From Carcharhinus longimanus (lineage: Eukaryota), in assembly GCA_030264375.1 (NCBI GenBank), contig JASCQW010000119.1, forward strand, positions 24,027,606 through 24,091,605: 64,000 nt of DNA. Reading direction: 5' to 3'. The notes below the pieces were generated by a model. The model searched no databases, was not told the origin of the DNA, and saw only the letters and a list, made by a program, of their open reading frames with translations. The translations under genes and the position numbers were made by a program. This document shows, piece by piece, positions 62,958 to 64,000 of this stretch. Positions within the stretch are counted from its first letter, which is position 1; each line of letters opens with the position of its first letter.

Positions 62958-64000
62958 CTACTGTCCCAATCAGTAGCCAATGTAATTGCTCCCCATGCAT
63001 CCTGCACTCACCTCCTCCCCAGAAGTTTGAAGTCAAAATTGAACATGGTACTCCATCATCTGCATTAAATCTTGCCAGTTAGAGAGCCAATGAGAGCTCC
63101 ATGCCACCTCCTTGAAACACTCTGCCACATGAAGTGCCAATCAAGCACCTAACTGGGCAGTGGTTTTCCTTCTGCAGGATCAAGGAATCTGGGCAGAAGT
63201 CTAATTCCCTTGAGTGCAGCTAGCTAATCAGAGGCTGACAGACCTTTGTTGCTTTGCAGTGCCACCAGGAAGTAGTGGTTGCTTTTGGTAATGCACCCAT
63301 CCAAAGGCCCAGGATTGCCAAGGGACCCAGGCTAAGGATGAATGATGGAGATGGGGATTGCGAGTTAGGAAACATTGAAGTCGAATCAACAGCAATAGTA
63401 TGGTAAGGGGGGAGTGTGGCTCTCACCTTCCCAATCCTGGTCTCTCAGCACTGTGTACCTTTGGTAAAGAATACCCCACATTCTATCCTTAAAGCCCACA
63501 AATAACCATAACAGGGTTTGCTCTTTTGGCTTCCCACGTGACGAGTCCCTGCCCAGCAACAGTGCCTTAAGCAGGCGTTAATTGCCTGCTGAGGGCCTTA
63601 ATTGACAGCAGGGCAAGTAGGCTGTCCATGAAACCTTCCTGCCATGGGATAAATTGGGGCAGAGGTGAGAAGGTGAATGGGGTCATTTCCTACCCTTCCA
63701 CAAAATTAAATCCCAAAATTTGCCAAAGGGTGAGCATTAAATTCTGCCCTGCATGTACATTTTCATTCTTCCATTGAGGCCAATGGGAAAGGGAGTGATA
63801 TTCTCCTGTGTAAATTGCCTCCTCACATTGGAAATATAATAAAAGATTCTGCCAGAATTTCTCCACAATCAATTCATTTAGGAGACAAGGCAGTCATTAG
63901 AAAGGCAGCAGAATTGGAGGAATGCAAATTCTCCCACCTACACAGATTATGTCGCCTGCGATTATGAATATAAATGAACAATGTAATGATGATCTCTCAC

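Overview
This is eukaryotic, not prokaryotic, DNA: a repeat-dense, gap-containing draft assembly of a cartilaginous fish. The shark assignment is inferred from abundant HE1-type V-SINEs, CR1/HER1-type LINEs and Deu-domain SINEs. I find no intact protein-coding gene, so the window looks intergenic or intronic. Most of it is decayed mobile DNA: CR1, L2-group, Rex/Babar, Tx1 and Penelope retroelements, Gypsy LTR elements and solo LTRs, PIF/Harbinger transposase and Myb-like remnants with their MITEs, and three SINE types. The one host-gene sequence is a processed RPL9 pseudogene (435-1731) split by a solo-LTR-like insertion. It carries two tandem, synonymously diverged copies of the C-terminal coding segment, which implies the parent RPL9 gene has duplicated alternative last exons and two protein isoforms. 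Other notable items are a Penelope-associated minimal hammerhead ribozyme, an inverted ~105 bp templated insertion inside a SINE, and several repeat-free candidate conserved non-coding blocks. All family names come from manual reading, with no database search. Repeat boundaries are approximate unless a TSD is quoted.
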